DNA of 48,150 bases from Halobacteriales archaeon (GCA_042219105.1 JBDGQL010000093.1:1-48150); one strand, 5' to 3'; shown: positions 1-8,267, counted from the first letter of the stretch. The notes: generated by a model not told the origin, from the sequence alone. Numbers and translations are program-made.

Positions 1-57
1 CGCGCGCGGATCACTTCTGGAGTCGATTAAGGACGAGAACGGGGCATCCGGATGATC

Positions 58-136
58 TACTGTCGGACAGAGACATTGATAATCGAACCCCCGGGACGGG
101 GCGCCTTCGAATTATCAATACTTCTGTCCGACAGTA
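58..136 (+). mobile_element. MITE-A copy, 79 bp, flanked by TC/TC
   Basis: The termini TACTGTCGGACAGA ... TCTGTCCGACAGTA form a terminal inverted repeat, and the inner arms (CATTGATAATCGAA / TTCGAATTATCAATA) also pair. TC at 56-57 is repeated at 137-138. The same element recurs at 13987, 18704, 19819 and 29653. Confidence 0.85.
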
Positions 137-188
137 TCCCACATAATAGTTAGCCGAGTGGTGTTTTTCGCGGGCCACTCGCCCAGGG

Positions 189-195
189 TATTATA
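189..195 (+). promoter_or_regulatory. TATA-like box for the sulfatase gene at 221
   Basis: TATTATA is centred about 29 nt upstream of ATG 221. The same spacing is seen at more than 15 genes in this window. Confidence 0.4.
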
Positions 196-220
196 CCATC
201 GTGTATTCAATCGAAGCGTG

Positions 221-1732
221 ATGTCGCGAGGAGACGATATTGAGCGCCCGAACGTCCTGTACGTGATGGCCGACGACCACGCTGCGAACGCGATAGGCGC
301 GTACGGCTCACATCTCACGGAGGTCGCACCGACCGAGAACATCGATCGACTGGCTCATGAGGGGGCTCGGCTCGACAACTGCACGTGTACAAACTCGATT
401 TGCACGCCCAGCAGGGCGTCGATTCTCACCGGTCAGCACAGCCATACCAACGGGGTGAGGACGCTGGCCGACGAGATGGATCCCGATCGGAGGCATCTCG
501 CACACCACCTCCAGGATGCGGGCTACCGGACGGGGATCGTCGGGAAATGGCATTTAGAAACCGAGCCACAGGGGTTCGATTACTACAACGTTCTCCCGGG
601 ACAGGGGCGGTACGACGACCCGCTACTGAAACGACGAGGCGAGCCGTGGGATGGTGATGGACAGGTTTACGACGGTTACTCCGCGGACGTGATCACAGAT
701 CAGGCGCTGGGCTGGCTGGAGGGCACAGTGGGTGGAGGAGCCGGGCACGGGGACGACCCCTTCTTTTTGCAGTGTCATTTCAAGGCACCGCACAGAGCAT
801 GGAAGTACCCACACCGCCACGCGGACCTGTTCGAGGGGAGGCGGATCCCCGAACCGGCTAGCCTCTTCGAGGACAAGTCACACCGGTCAAAAGCGGGGCG
901 CGAACACGGATCCAGGATCTCCTCGAAAAACCCCGTACAGCCGATGGTCGAAGAGGTGAAGGCGGGCGACCTGGGACGCGAGGGAGGCATCGACACGACT
1001 GGCATGGACGAGAAAACCCGCACCCGGGCGGCGTATCAGCGCTATCTATCGGACTACCTGCGCACGATAGCGGGCATCGACGATAACGTGGGGCGACTGC
1101 TCGACTACCTCGATGACGCCGGACTCGCCGAGGACACGCTCGTGATCTACACCTCCGATCAGGGGATGTTCCTCGGCGAGCACGATCAGTATGACAAACG
1201 GTGGATGTACGAGGAGTCCCATCGGATGCCGTTCATCGCACGGTATCCGGAGGAGATCCCGGCTGACACGTTCGTCGATGATCTCGTGGCGAACGTGGAT
1301 TTCGCACCCACGATCCTCGACTATGCCGGCGTTGACGTTCCCGACCGGATGCAGGGCCGGAGCGTCCGCGGGAGTCTCGCCGGCGACCCGTCTGCCGATT
1401 CGAGGGAGGCGGTGTACTACCGCTACTGGATGCATCGGGCACACCACGACGTGCCTGCACACTACGGGCTTCGTACCGACCGGTACAAGCTGATTTTCTT
1501 CTACGGACTACCGTTGGATGCGACCAACGCAGGTGATGACCCCTCTCCCCCCGGATGGGAGCTGTACGATCTGGAGCGTGATCCACACGAACTGAACAAC
1601 GTGTATGACGACCCCGCCTACGCCGACGTTCGCGAGGAGTTGAAACGCCGGCTCACCGAGCGCAAGCGAGCCCTCGGCGACGAGGACGATGGGTACCCGG
1701 AACTGGTCGAGTTGAAAGAAAAACACTGGTGA
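221..1732 (+). CDS. Type I sulfatase (Cys-type), no signal peptide
   Basis: ORF 158..1732; the internal ATG at 221 (MSRGDDIERPNVLYVMADDH) has the TATA spacing. It has the DDH metal-site motif, the formylglycine motif CTPSRASILTG (C-x-P-x-R) and GKWHL. Confidence 0.9.
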   Translation: MSRGDDIERPNVLYVMADDHAANAIGAYGSHLTEVAPTENIDRLAHEGARLDNCTCTNSICTPSRASILTGQHSHTNGVRTLADEMDPDRRHLAHHLQDAGYRTGIVGKWHLETEPQGFDYYNVLPGQGRYDDPLLKRRGEPWDGDGQVYDGYSADVITDQALGWLEGTVGGGAGHGDDPFFLQCHFKAPHRAWKYPHRHADLFEGRRIPEPASLFEDKSHRSKAGREHGSRISSKNPVQPMVEEVKAGDLGREGGIDTTGMDEKTRTRAAYQRYLSDYLRTIAGIDDNVGRLLDYLDDAGLAEDTLVIYTSDQGMFLGEHDQYDKRWMYEESHRMPFIARYPEEIPADTFVDDLVANVDFAPTILDYAGVDVPDRMQGRSVRGSLAGDPSADSREAVYYRYWMHRAHHDVPAHYGLRTDRYKLIFFYGLPLDATNAGDDPSPPGWELYDLERDPHELNNVYDDPAYADVREELKRRLTERKRALGDEDDGYPELVELKEKHW

Positions 1733-1800
1733 GGCCGTATCCACGATCCGGTGGCTTCGAAGAAGGCCATTGCGAAGGGAGCATCGACCGGGTCTTTTTA

Positions 1801-1878
1801 TACGGGTCGACAGAACTATTGATAGAATTCGCCACCCCGGGATGACGAATATCTCCATCGAGTCACAGCCGACAGTAT
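1801..1878 (+). mobile_element. Chimeric MITE with a B-type left arm and a C-type right arm, 78 bp, flanked by TA/TA
   Basis: The left end TACGGGTCGACAGAACTATTGATAGAATTCGCC matches MITE-B. The right end CGAATATCTCCATCGAGTCACAGCCGACAGTAT matches MITE-C. The join lies in the shared GAATTCGCC..CCGG core. Confidence 0.75.
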
Positions 1879-1883
1879 TAATT
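1876..1883 (+). promoter_or_regulatory. TATA-like box for the CoA-transferase gene, formed at the MITE end and its TA flank
   Basis: TATTAATT is centred about 27 nt upstream of ATG 1906. Bases 1876-1878 belong to the chimeric MITE and 1879-1880 are its flanking TA. Confidence 0.4.
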
Positions 1884-1905
1884 GATGCGGGTGCGAGCCG
1901 TGGCT

Positions 1906-3120
1906 ATGGAACAGGCGCTATCAGGTGTAACAGTTGCAGACTTCTCCCAGATGATGCAGGGCCCCTGGGCGACACAGAAACTGGCAGAGATGGGAGCAGA
2001 CGTGATCAAGATCGAACGCATCGGCGGCGAGTGGGAGCGAACCCTGGCTCCGGGTGGTGAACTCCAGGAGGGCGTCAGCCCTTTTTTCCTGGCGATGAAT
2101 CGTAACAAACGTAGCATCACTCTTGATCTCAAGGAACCCGAGGGGCACTCTATCGCCCTTGACATCGCCTCGGAAGCCGATATTCTGTTCGAGAACTTCA
2201 GACCTGGCGTCATGGATCGGCTAGATCTGGGCTACGACGACGTCACCGAAGTCAACCCTAATATCGTTTACGTCTCTGGGTACGGGTTCGGGAGTGACGG
2301 TCCATACGTCGACCGACCGGGCCAGGACCTCCTGTTGCAGGCGATGAGCGGCCTAACAAAAACGACGGGCCGGAAGAACGATCCGCCGACGCCGGCGGGG
2401 TCCGCAGTCGTCGACGAGCACTCGAGTATGCTTCTGGTGTTCGCTACGATGGTCGCGCTCTTTCATAAGGAACGTACGGGAGAGGGCCAACACGTCGAGG
2501 GGAATCTCTTCAGTGCCGCAATCGACTTCCAGTGCCAGGAGATCACTGCCGAGCTATCGTTGGAAAAGGAGTTCGAACGGAGTGACGCCGGGATCGCGAG
2601 CCCGTACAACGAACCTCCCTACGGTATCTACGAGACTGCCGATGGACACATCGCCATCGCCATGGCGGAAATTCTGACGTTGACAGACATCCTCGACATC
2701 AATCCGTCCACGTTGCCCCCGTTCGACGCCCCGGCGGAGTCGTTCGAGAACCGAGACGAGATCAAACGGATAATCGAGGAACACACGCGGGAGCAACCCA
2801 CTGAAAAGTTGTTAAACGACCTGCTGGCCGAGGACGTCTGGACCGCGGAGGTGAACGATTTCGAGGATCTCGTGGACGACCCGCAGGTGGAGCACAACGA
2901 GATGCTCGTCGAAATGGACCACGAGGAGTACGGCTCCTTCACGACCACGGGAATTCCGGTTTCGCTGTCGGAGACGCCCGGCGAAATCTCCTCGACGCCT
3001 CCAGTACCGGGAGAGCACACTCACGAGATTCTCACCGACCTCGGATACGACGAGGAGATGATCCAGTCCGCCATCGAAGGCGGGATCACGACGTCGCCAC
3101 ACTCCGATAGTTCGGACTGA
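1906..3120 (+). CDS. Family III CoA-transferase (CaiB/BaiF type)
   Basis: ORF 1882..3120 starts at TTG; ATG 1906 (MEQALSGVTVADF) is preferred. Motifs: GPWATQKLAEMGADVIKIE, NRNKRS, ENFRPGV, GYGFGSDGPY..GQDLLLQAMSG. Confidence 0.88.
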   Translation: MEQALSGVTVADFSQMMQGPWATQKLAEMGADVIKIERIGGEWERTLAPGGELQEGVSPFFLAMNRNKRSITLDLKEPEGHSIALDIASEADILFENFRPGVMDRLDLGYDDVTEVNPNIVYVSGYGFGSDGPYVDRPGQDLLLQAMSGLTKTTGRKNDPPTPAGSAVVDEHSSMLLVFATMVALFHKERTGEGQHVEGNLFSAAIDFQCQEITAELSLEKEFERSDAGIASPYNEPPYGIYETADGHIAIAMAEILTLTDILDINPSTLPPFDAPAESFENRDEIKRIIEEHTREQPTEKLLNDLLAEDVWTAEVNDFEDLVDDPQVEHNEMLVEMDHEEYGSFTTTGIPVSLSETPGEISSTPPVPGEHTHEILTDLGYDEEMIQSAIEGGITTSPHSDSSD

Positions 3121-3257
3121 CACACTACTCGGCTCTGCACGACGCGCCCGGCGGAAACTCTCGCCGGAAAGACCATTTCCTGCATGCCCTCTCGAAACAC
3201 GTCGTCCAGCGGTGTGTCGAGGAAGGTGTCGAGACGATGGCCGTTATCGATGTCGGG

Positions 3258-5222
3258 TTACGCCGGATCGATCCGAACCCGTGCCTCGCGGAAGCGCCGG
3301 AGGGTTCGGTCGTCCCACTGCAGACTGACGGGGACGACGTGGATCCCGGCCTCGGCATTCGCGGGCACGCCCAAGATGAGTTCGATCGATCCGTTCTCGC
3401 CGGGAGCGACTGACGAGGACGGCCATCGTCTGTCGATTTTCCGGACCCCTTCTCTCTCGTGATACGGGTCGACAGAACTGTTGATAGAATTAGCCTCCAC
3501 CGTACCCGGCGAATATCTATCAGGACTTCTGTCGACCCGTAGATTCCATGTCCAGCCCGGCGGTAACTCCGGGCGGGCCGCAAACTCCCGATTCCGGTCC
3601 GCGTAGTTCGTGACACAGACGTCTATCTGTGCGTTCTCGCCCGGTGCGCGCGTCTGGTCGTACGGGACGCACCGCGCCCAGTGGGGATCGAGCCCGAAGT
3701 CGGGGTGCTCCCAGGCAAGGAGCTCGCCGAACAGTTCCTCCCGCTCGCGCAGGTTCTTCCGCATGAAGATCATCTGGTCGTCAGTGAACGTGAAGGGATC
3801 TTCGACGTGACAGTTGAACACGTGCGTCGGATCGAGGTCCTCCACTGTGTCGAGACACTGCCGGTATCCCCGGTTGGCGCCGACGGGGTTCCGGTTGTGG
3901 GCACAGTAGTCATCCATCCCGCTCGGCGTGAACGCGTCCCCCGCAAAGAGGAGCCGCCGGCCACGCCCTTCGGCGAGCAGGGCGGCGTGGTACCGTGTCT
4001 GTCCCGGGAGCCAGTGCGCCGAGAGCGTCCATTCGTGCCAGTTCCACTCCTCGCCGTCCGTGAAGACGCGGTCCACGTCGATCCGATCCGGGATCTGACA
4101 GGGCAGACGGTACACCTCGGGCGCCTCTATGACGTCGGCGACATGGCGCTCCGCCAGGATCGGGGCGTCGAATGACTCTTGGAACTCTGGGACGGCCCCG
4201 ACGTGATCGTGGTGGTAGTGCGTGAGCCAGAGTGCGGATATCTCCCGCGCCTCGCCTTCGGTTATCCACGACCGGAGGCGGTCAAGAACGTCGACCCACC
4301 CACAATCCATGGCGAGGGCGTGACCGTCGGCAGAGAGCAAGGCCCAGGTGGTGCCGACGTGCTTCACTTCCGGCGGGCAGGGCGTCGGGTCTCTGACGGG
4401 CATCGTGTCCTCGGCGAACGGGCTGTCGAACATCTCGGGACCGTAGTGTCTGAGAGCTGACGTGCGCACGTAGGCCCGGTACGCCGCTTCGATCAGTTGG
4501 CTCACCGAATCCACGACTTCGGACGGTCGGTGGATCGGATCCCCACGAGCAGGGACTATTACGTCAGCGTCCGAGATCCGTGCCAGACTACCGAGATACC
4601 GCTTTCGGTCCCCGAGGAAACCGTGGTAGTCGTTCCAGTCGCCGTGATATCGCTGCAAACTGTAGGCGTCCCACAGCGCCCCTGTCCCGTGGAGTAGGTC
4701 GCCGGAGAAGATGTACCGTGCATCCGATCCATCGCGCGCCTGTGCCAAGTCGAACGCATACGAGACGCTGTTCTCGGTGTGTCCTGGCGTGGGGAGAACT
4801 TCGAACCGCAGGTCGCCGAGGACGACGTCTTCGGCCGGTTCGACGATCTCGTCGACCGGAATCGGGCGCGCCGGGAGCAAGGGATGCGGGCGGAAGTCCG
4901 TCAGGTGCCACCGAAACTCCGGGTCGACCCAGAACTCCGCCACCGACTCGAAATACTCGCGCTCTGCGGCGGGGACGACGATGTCGATGCCTCGTCGGGC
5001 GAGAGAGCGCGCACCACCCGCCGTGTCCCGGTGGTAGTGTGTAAAAAGGGCCGCCTTGATATCGAATCTTCGGCTCTCCTCAAGCTCGTCGACGATGGAC
5101 GCGTCGTCGCAGTCGATTAGGACGGCCTCGCCGCCTTCGTGAACGACGCTCACGTTCGTCGAGGACCGGTAGAGACCGACGCCTTCGTCGAGACGGTGCC
5201 ATCCCGTGATCGCCCGGCTCAT
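3258..5222 (-). CDS. Tandem metallo-beta-lactamase-fold hydrolase carrying an in-frame MITE insertion
   Basis: 654-aa ORF with two MBL repeats. The N-terminal repeat has the degenerate motif THYHRDT and the second has the canonical THYHHDHVG (HxHxDH). The residues LRVDRSPDRYSPGTVEANSINSSVDPY near the C-terminus are encoded by MITE-B (3463-3541) plus one flank. Confidence 0.8.
   Translation of the reverse strand: MSRAITGWHRLDEGVGLYRSSTNVSVVHEGGEAVLIDCDDASIVDELEESRRFDIKAALFTHYHRDTAGGARSLARRGIDIVVPAAEREYFESVAEFWVDPEFRWHLTDFRPHPLLPARPIPVDEIVEPAEDVVLGDLRFEVLPTPGHTENSVSYAFDLAQARDGSDARYIFSGDLLHGTGALWDAYSLQRYHGDWNDYHGFLGDRKRYLGSLARISDADVIVPARGDPIHRPSEVVDSVSQLIEAAYRAYVRTSALRHYGPEMFDSPFAEDTMPVRDPTPCPPEVKHVGTTWALLSADGHALAMDCGWVDVLDRLRSWITEGEAREISALWLTHYHHDHVGAVPEFQESFDAPILAERHVADVIEAPEVYRLPCQIPDRIDVDRVFTDGEEWNWHEWTLSAHWLPGQTRYHAALLAEGRGRRLLFAGDAFTPSGMDDYCAHNRNPVGANRGYRQCLDTVEDLDPTHVFNCHVEDPFTFTDDQMIFMRKNLREREELFGELLAWEHPDFGLDPHWARCVPYDQTRAPGENAQIDVCVTNYADRNREFAARPELPPGWTWNLRVDRSPDRYSPGTVEANSINSSVDPYHEREGVRKIDRRWPSSSVAPGENGSIELILGVPANAEAGIHVVPVSLQWDDRTLRRFREARVRIDPA
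3463..3541 (+). mobile_element. MITE-B copy, 79 bp, flanked by GA/GA, inside a CDS
   Basis: TACGGGTCGACAGAACTGTTGATAGAATTAGCCTCCACCGTACCCGGCGAATATCTATCAGGACTTCTGTCGACCCGTA. GA at 3461-3462 is repeated at 3542-3543. The coordinates are anchored on the codons of ORF 3258..5222. Confidence 0.9.
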
Positions 5223-5456
5223 TAGCCCTATCTCGCGCAGCCTTGATCAAGAAACTCCCGGTCGATCTCCTATATTTCGCACCCCTCTACCACGGACGAT
5301 CAATTTCTCCTCTGGCGGTTAGTCTGGAATTGGAGGAACCGCATTTACGGGTCGAGGGAAGTCCTGATAGTGCCATTTTCGCCGTGACCTTTCAGCTGCA
5401 TTCATAATCAACTGCTCAGGATCACACTTCGCCTGGAAGTGCGACGATTCAACAAC

Positions 5457-5462
5457 ATTTAT
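5457..5462 (+). promoter_or_regulatory. TATA-like box for the crotonase gene
   Basis: ATTTAT is centred about 27 nt upstream of ATG 5487. Confidence 0.35.
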
Positions 5463-5486
5463 CATCACCTCAGGACACGTCCACCC

Positions 5487-6263
5487 ATGAGTGATACCGT
5501 ACAGTCTGACGTCACGGGGCGGGTAGCGGAAGTCACGATCGACCGGCCGGACAAACTGAACGCGCTCACTACGGAGACGAACACGGCGCTCCGGGAGCGC
5601 TTCGAGGCACTGGAACACCGGGACATCGACGTCGTAATCCTGAAATCGGCCGGCGACAGGGCCTTCGTCGCCGGGGCCGACATCAACGAGATATCGGACC
5701 TGACGACCCGGGAGTTCATCGATTTTCAGAGGAACGGACGGGAGACCAACGACACCATCGCCTCCCATCCGGCGATAGTGATCGCGGCTGTGAACGGGAT
5801 CGCGTTCGGCGGCGGGTTCGAACTCGCCCTCGCAAGCGACATGATCGTCGCCGGTGAGGGTGCGTCGTTCGCGACGCCGGAGGTACAAATCGGGCTGGTT
5901 CCGGGCGGAGGAGCCACACAACGGCTCCCGGAGGTCGTCGGGCCGAACAAGGCGAAGGAACTGTTGACGACGGGCGACCCGATCACGGCGGCGGAAGGCG
6001 AAGACCTGGGCCTGGTCAACCGCGTCGTCGACGACGACTCGGTTGAGGAGGAAGCTCGTGACCTGGCGGGCGATATCGTCGGCAACGCACCACTGGCCAT
6101 CCGCGAGGCAAAAACACTCGTTGACGAGGGACAAAACATGCCGCTTCCGGAGGGACTCTCCTACGAACAGAGCGTGACGTTCACGCTGTTCGAGAGCGAC
6201 GACGTCACCGAAGGCATCGCATCGTTCGTCGAGGATCGCGATCCGGAGTTCGCCGGACAGTAA
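5487..6263 (+). CDS. Enoyl-CoA hydratase/isomerase (crotonase) family
   Basis: ORF 5439..6263; ATG 5487 (MSDTVQSDVTGRVAEVTIDRPDKLNALT). Motifs: FVAGADI, NGIAFGGGFELALASD. Confidence 0.88.
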   Translation: MSDTVQSDVTGRVAEVTIDRPDKLNALTTETNTALRERFEALEHRDIDVVILKSAGDRAFVAGADINEISDLTTREFIDFQRNGRETNDTIASHPAIVIAAVNGIAFGGGFELALASDMIVAGEGASFATPEVQIGLVPGGGATQRLPEVVGPNKAKELLTTGDPITAAEGEDLGLVNRVVDDDSVEEEARDLAGDIVGNAPLAIREAKTLVDEGQNMPLPEGLSYEQSVTFTLFESDDVTEGIASFVEDRDPEFAGQ

Positions 6264-6286
6264 CGGACATGCCGAGTCCTACACTA

Positions 6287-6475
6287 TACACTCGGACACG
6301 AATAGTTCAACACGCAGGTCGATTATACGGGTCGACAGAAGCCGTGATAGATATTCGCCGGTACGGCAGAGGCGAATTCTATCAACAGTTCTGTCGACCC
6401 GTATATTCCCGGTCAAAACGATGTCTCCCGGTCGATCAGGGGACGATCACGTTGACTGGTTCGTGTCCGGGTGTA
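6287..6475 (-). mobile_element. MITE-D copy carrying a nested MITE-B
   Basis: The termini are TACACTCGGACACGAA ... TTCGTGTCCGGGTGTA. It is the reverse complement of the uninterrupted copy at 8159..8267, apart from the 78-bp element plus TA at 6326-6405. TA is present on both outer flanks (6285-6286, 6476-6477). Confidence 0.85.
6326..6403 (-). mobile_element. MITE-B copy (78 bp) nested in MITE-D, TA target duplication
   Basis: The filled site reads GGTCGAT-TA-[TACGGG...CCCGTA]-TA-TTCCCGG. The empty site in the other D copy (reverse complement of 8221-8240) reads GGTCGAT-TA-TTCCCGG. Confidence 0.9.
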
Positions 6476-6479
6476 TAGA

Positions 6480-8012
6480 TCACGTCGACTCGAGAAGGTC
6501 GGCGTACTGCTCGGCGAGTTGATCCGCGTGGTGTGCGCGGTCGGTGTCGCGCAACCGCTGTAGATACCGCTCGAGCTTTGGAACGTTCTGCGTGGTGTGA
6601 AACGGCCCACCCTCGTTGATGACGGTCCAGAGAGGATCACGCAGTCCGGTCGGTGGGTCTGGATTGCCACCCCGACGGTCCTCGGACGATTCGGCCATCC
6701 GGTCGGCGTGCCAGGCTTCGAGGCGGCGAATGCCCTCCGCAGTGACGCCCGGCCGTTCGTCCGACAGGTCCCTCGTCTGGTGTGGATCGGCGACGAGGTC
6801 GTACAGAGCCACTTCCGGGACGTCCTTGACCCCGTCGTGGTACGTCCTGAGTAACAGCCAGTCGCCCCAGCGGACTCCGCGTTGGCACGTGAGAGCGGCC
6901 TGGCTGAGCACGAGGGTCTCGCGTCCCGCCGAATCCCCGTCAGCGAGCGACGGCTCGAACGACTGGCCGTCCCACCGGTCGGGGGCTGTCGCTCCGATGC
7001 GTTCGACCATCGTTGGAGCGAGGTCGAGGTGATAGTGCAAGTCCCCGTCCACGCCAGGCGTCACGTCCGGACCGTGGACGATCAGCGGGATACGGCCCGT
7101 GGGATAATCGGCCGTGTGGTGGTCGCCGTAGATGTTCAGTTCACCCTGGTTCTCGCCGTGGTCGGCGGAGACGATGACCAGGGTGTCCTCGAAGACCCCC
7201 TTCTCACGGAGGACGTCGAGCACGTATCCGATGTGTTCGTCCATGTATCGTACCCCGACGTCGTAGGCGTCGATCCACTCGACGAAATCCCCCCTGGAGC
7301 CGATTTCCGCGGGTGTCCGTGGGAGTTCCGCGTCCTCACCCCAATCCAGAGCCACCTCCGGCGTTTTACCGACGCCGTGGAGATCCTGAGCGCTGTGTGG
7401 CCCGTAGCTGCGATACTGCTCGTAGATAGTCTCCTCGTCCGGAAACGACGGTGCAGTGCCGGCGTCGAACGGCGTTCCGTACTCCACCGGCGTGTCGTAG
7501 GGTGTGTGTGCGTCCCAGAAGTTGACGTGCAAAAACCAGTCCTCATCCGTTGCGTGGGTTTGCAGCCAGTCGATGGCCGGGTCGCACACCTCTTCAGCGA
7601 GTTCGAACCCACCCTTGCCGGTGTCGCGCCACTCCCGAAACCCATCGAGCACGTGCCACGCGCCGTGACGAGTCGGGAACGGGCTGATCGAGGCCGTGTA
7701 GTGTCCGGCATCACGGAGGACGGCCGTAAGCGTCTCAAAGCCCGGGGCACCCGCGAATCCGCGACGATCTCCGATCGGTCGTGGTTCCGATGCGAGACCG
7801 CCGTGGTTCACGACGCCCGTATGAATGCCGAACCGGCCAGTGAACAGTGCTGTCCGTGACGGTAAACAGGGAAGATCCGAGGCATAGACGTTCGTGAACC
7901 GACGACCGTCGGCAGCGAGTCCGTCGATCGTCGGTGATGTCTCCCGGTCGTACCCATAGCAGCCGAGATGATCCGCACGAAGCGAATCGCAGTCTACGTA
8001 CAGGATGCGCAT
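6480..8012 (-). CDS. Sulfatase (alkaline-phosphatase superfamily, Cys-type), no signal peptide
   Basis: ORF 6480..8036; the second ATG at 8012 (MRILYVDCDSLRADHLGCYG) lies 27 nt from an AT-rich box. The formylglycine motif is CLPSRTALFTG. It is a paralog of 33323..34870. Confidence 0.85.
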   Translation of the reverse strand: MRILYVDCDSLRADHLGCYGYDRETSPTIDGLAADGRRFTNVYASDLPCLPSRTALFTGRFGIHTGVVNHGGLASEPRPIGDRRGFAGAPGFETLTAVLRDAGHYTASISPFPTRHGAWHVLDGFREWRDTGKGGFELAEEVCDPAIDWLQTHATDEDWFLHVNFWDAHTPYDTPVEYGTPFDAGTAPSFPDEETIYEQYRSYGPHSAQDLHGVGKTPEVALDWGEDAELPRTPAEIGSRGDFVEWIDAYDVGVRYMDEHIGYVLDVLREKGVFEDTLVIVSADHGENQGELNIYGDHHTADYPTGRIPLIVHGPDVTPGVDGDLHYHLDLAPTMVERIGATAPDRWDGQSFEPSLADGDSAGRETLVLSQAALTCQRGVRWGDWLLLRTYHDGVKDVPEVALYDLVADPHQTRDLSDERPGVTAEGIRRLEAWHADRMAESSEDRRGGNPDPPTGLRDPLWTVINEGGPFHTTQNVPKLERYLQRLRDTDRAHHADQLAEQYADLLEST

Positions 8013-8034
8013 ACGCCGTTCATCGCCAAGAAAC

Positions 8035-8043
8035 ATAATAATT
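8035..8043 (-). promoter_or_regulatory. TATA-like box for the sulfatase gene at 8012
   Basis: Plus-strand ATAATAATT (minus-strand AATTATTAT) is centred about 27 nt upstream of ATG 8012. Confidence 0.4.
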
Positions 8044-8079
8044 CTACTGGGGCCCCGAACCCCGCTTCATACTGATTTA

Positions 8080-8158
8080 TACTGTCGGCTGTAAGTTCGT
8101 GGAGGAATTCGCCACCCCGGGGTGTCGAATATCTCCATCGAGTCACAGCCGACAGTAT
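8080..8158 (+). mobile_element. MITE-C copy, 79 bp, flanked by TA/TA
   Basis: TACTGTCGGCTGTAAGTTCGTGGAGGAATTCGCCACCCCGGGGTGTCGAATATCTCCATCGAGTCACAGCCGACAGTAT. TA is at 8078-8079 and 8159-8160. Further copies are at 20079 and 31409. Confidence 0.85.
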
Positions 8159-8267
8159 TACACCCGGACACGAACCAGTCAACGTGATCGTCCCCTGATC
8201 GACCGGGGGACATCGTTTTGACCGGGAATAATCGACCTGCGTGTTGAACTATTCGTGTTCGGGTGTA
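8159..8267 (+). mobile_element. MITE-D copy, uninterrupted (about 105 bp plus terminal TA)
   Basis: TACACCCGGACACGAACCAGTCAACGTGAT ... TTCGTGTTCGGGTGTA. It is directly abutted by MITE-C on the left and MITE-B on the right. Confidence 0.85.

Noticed and set aside
1-30. A possible 3' end of an upstream plus-strand gene (frame 1 ends at TAA 28-30).
   Set aside because: Only 9 codons are visible, so neither the family nor the frame can be supported.
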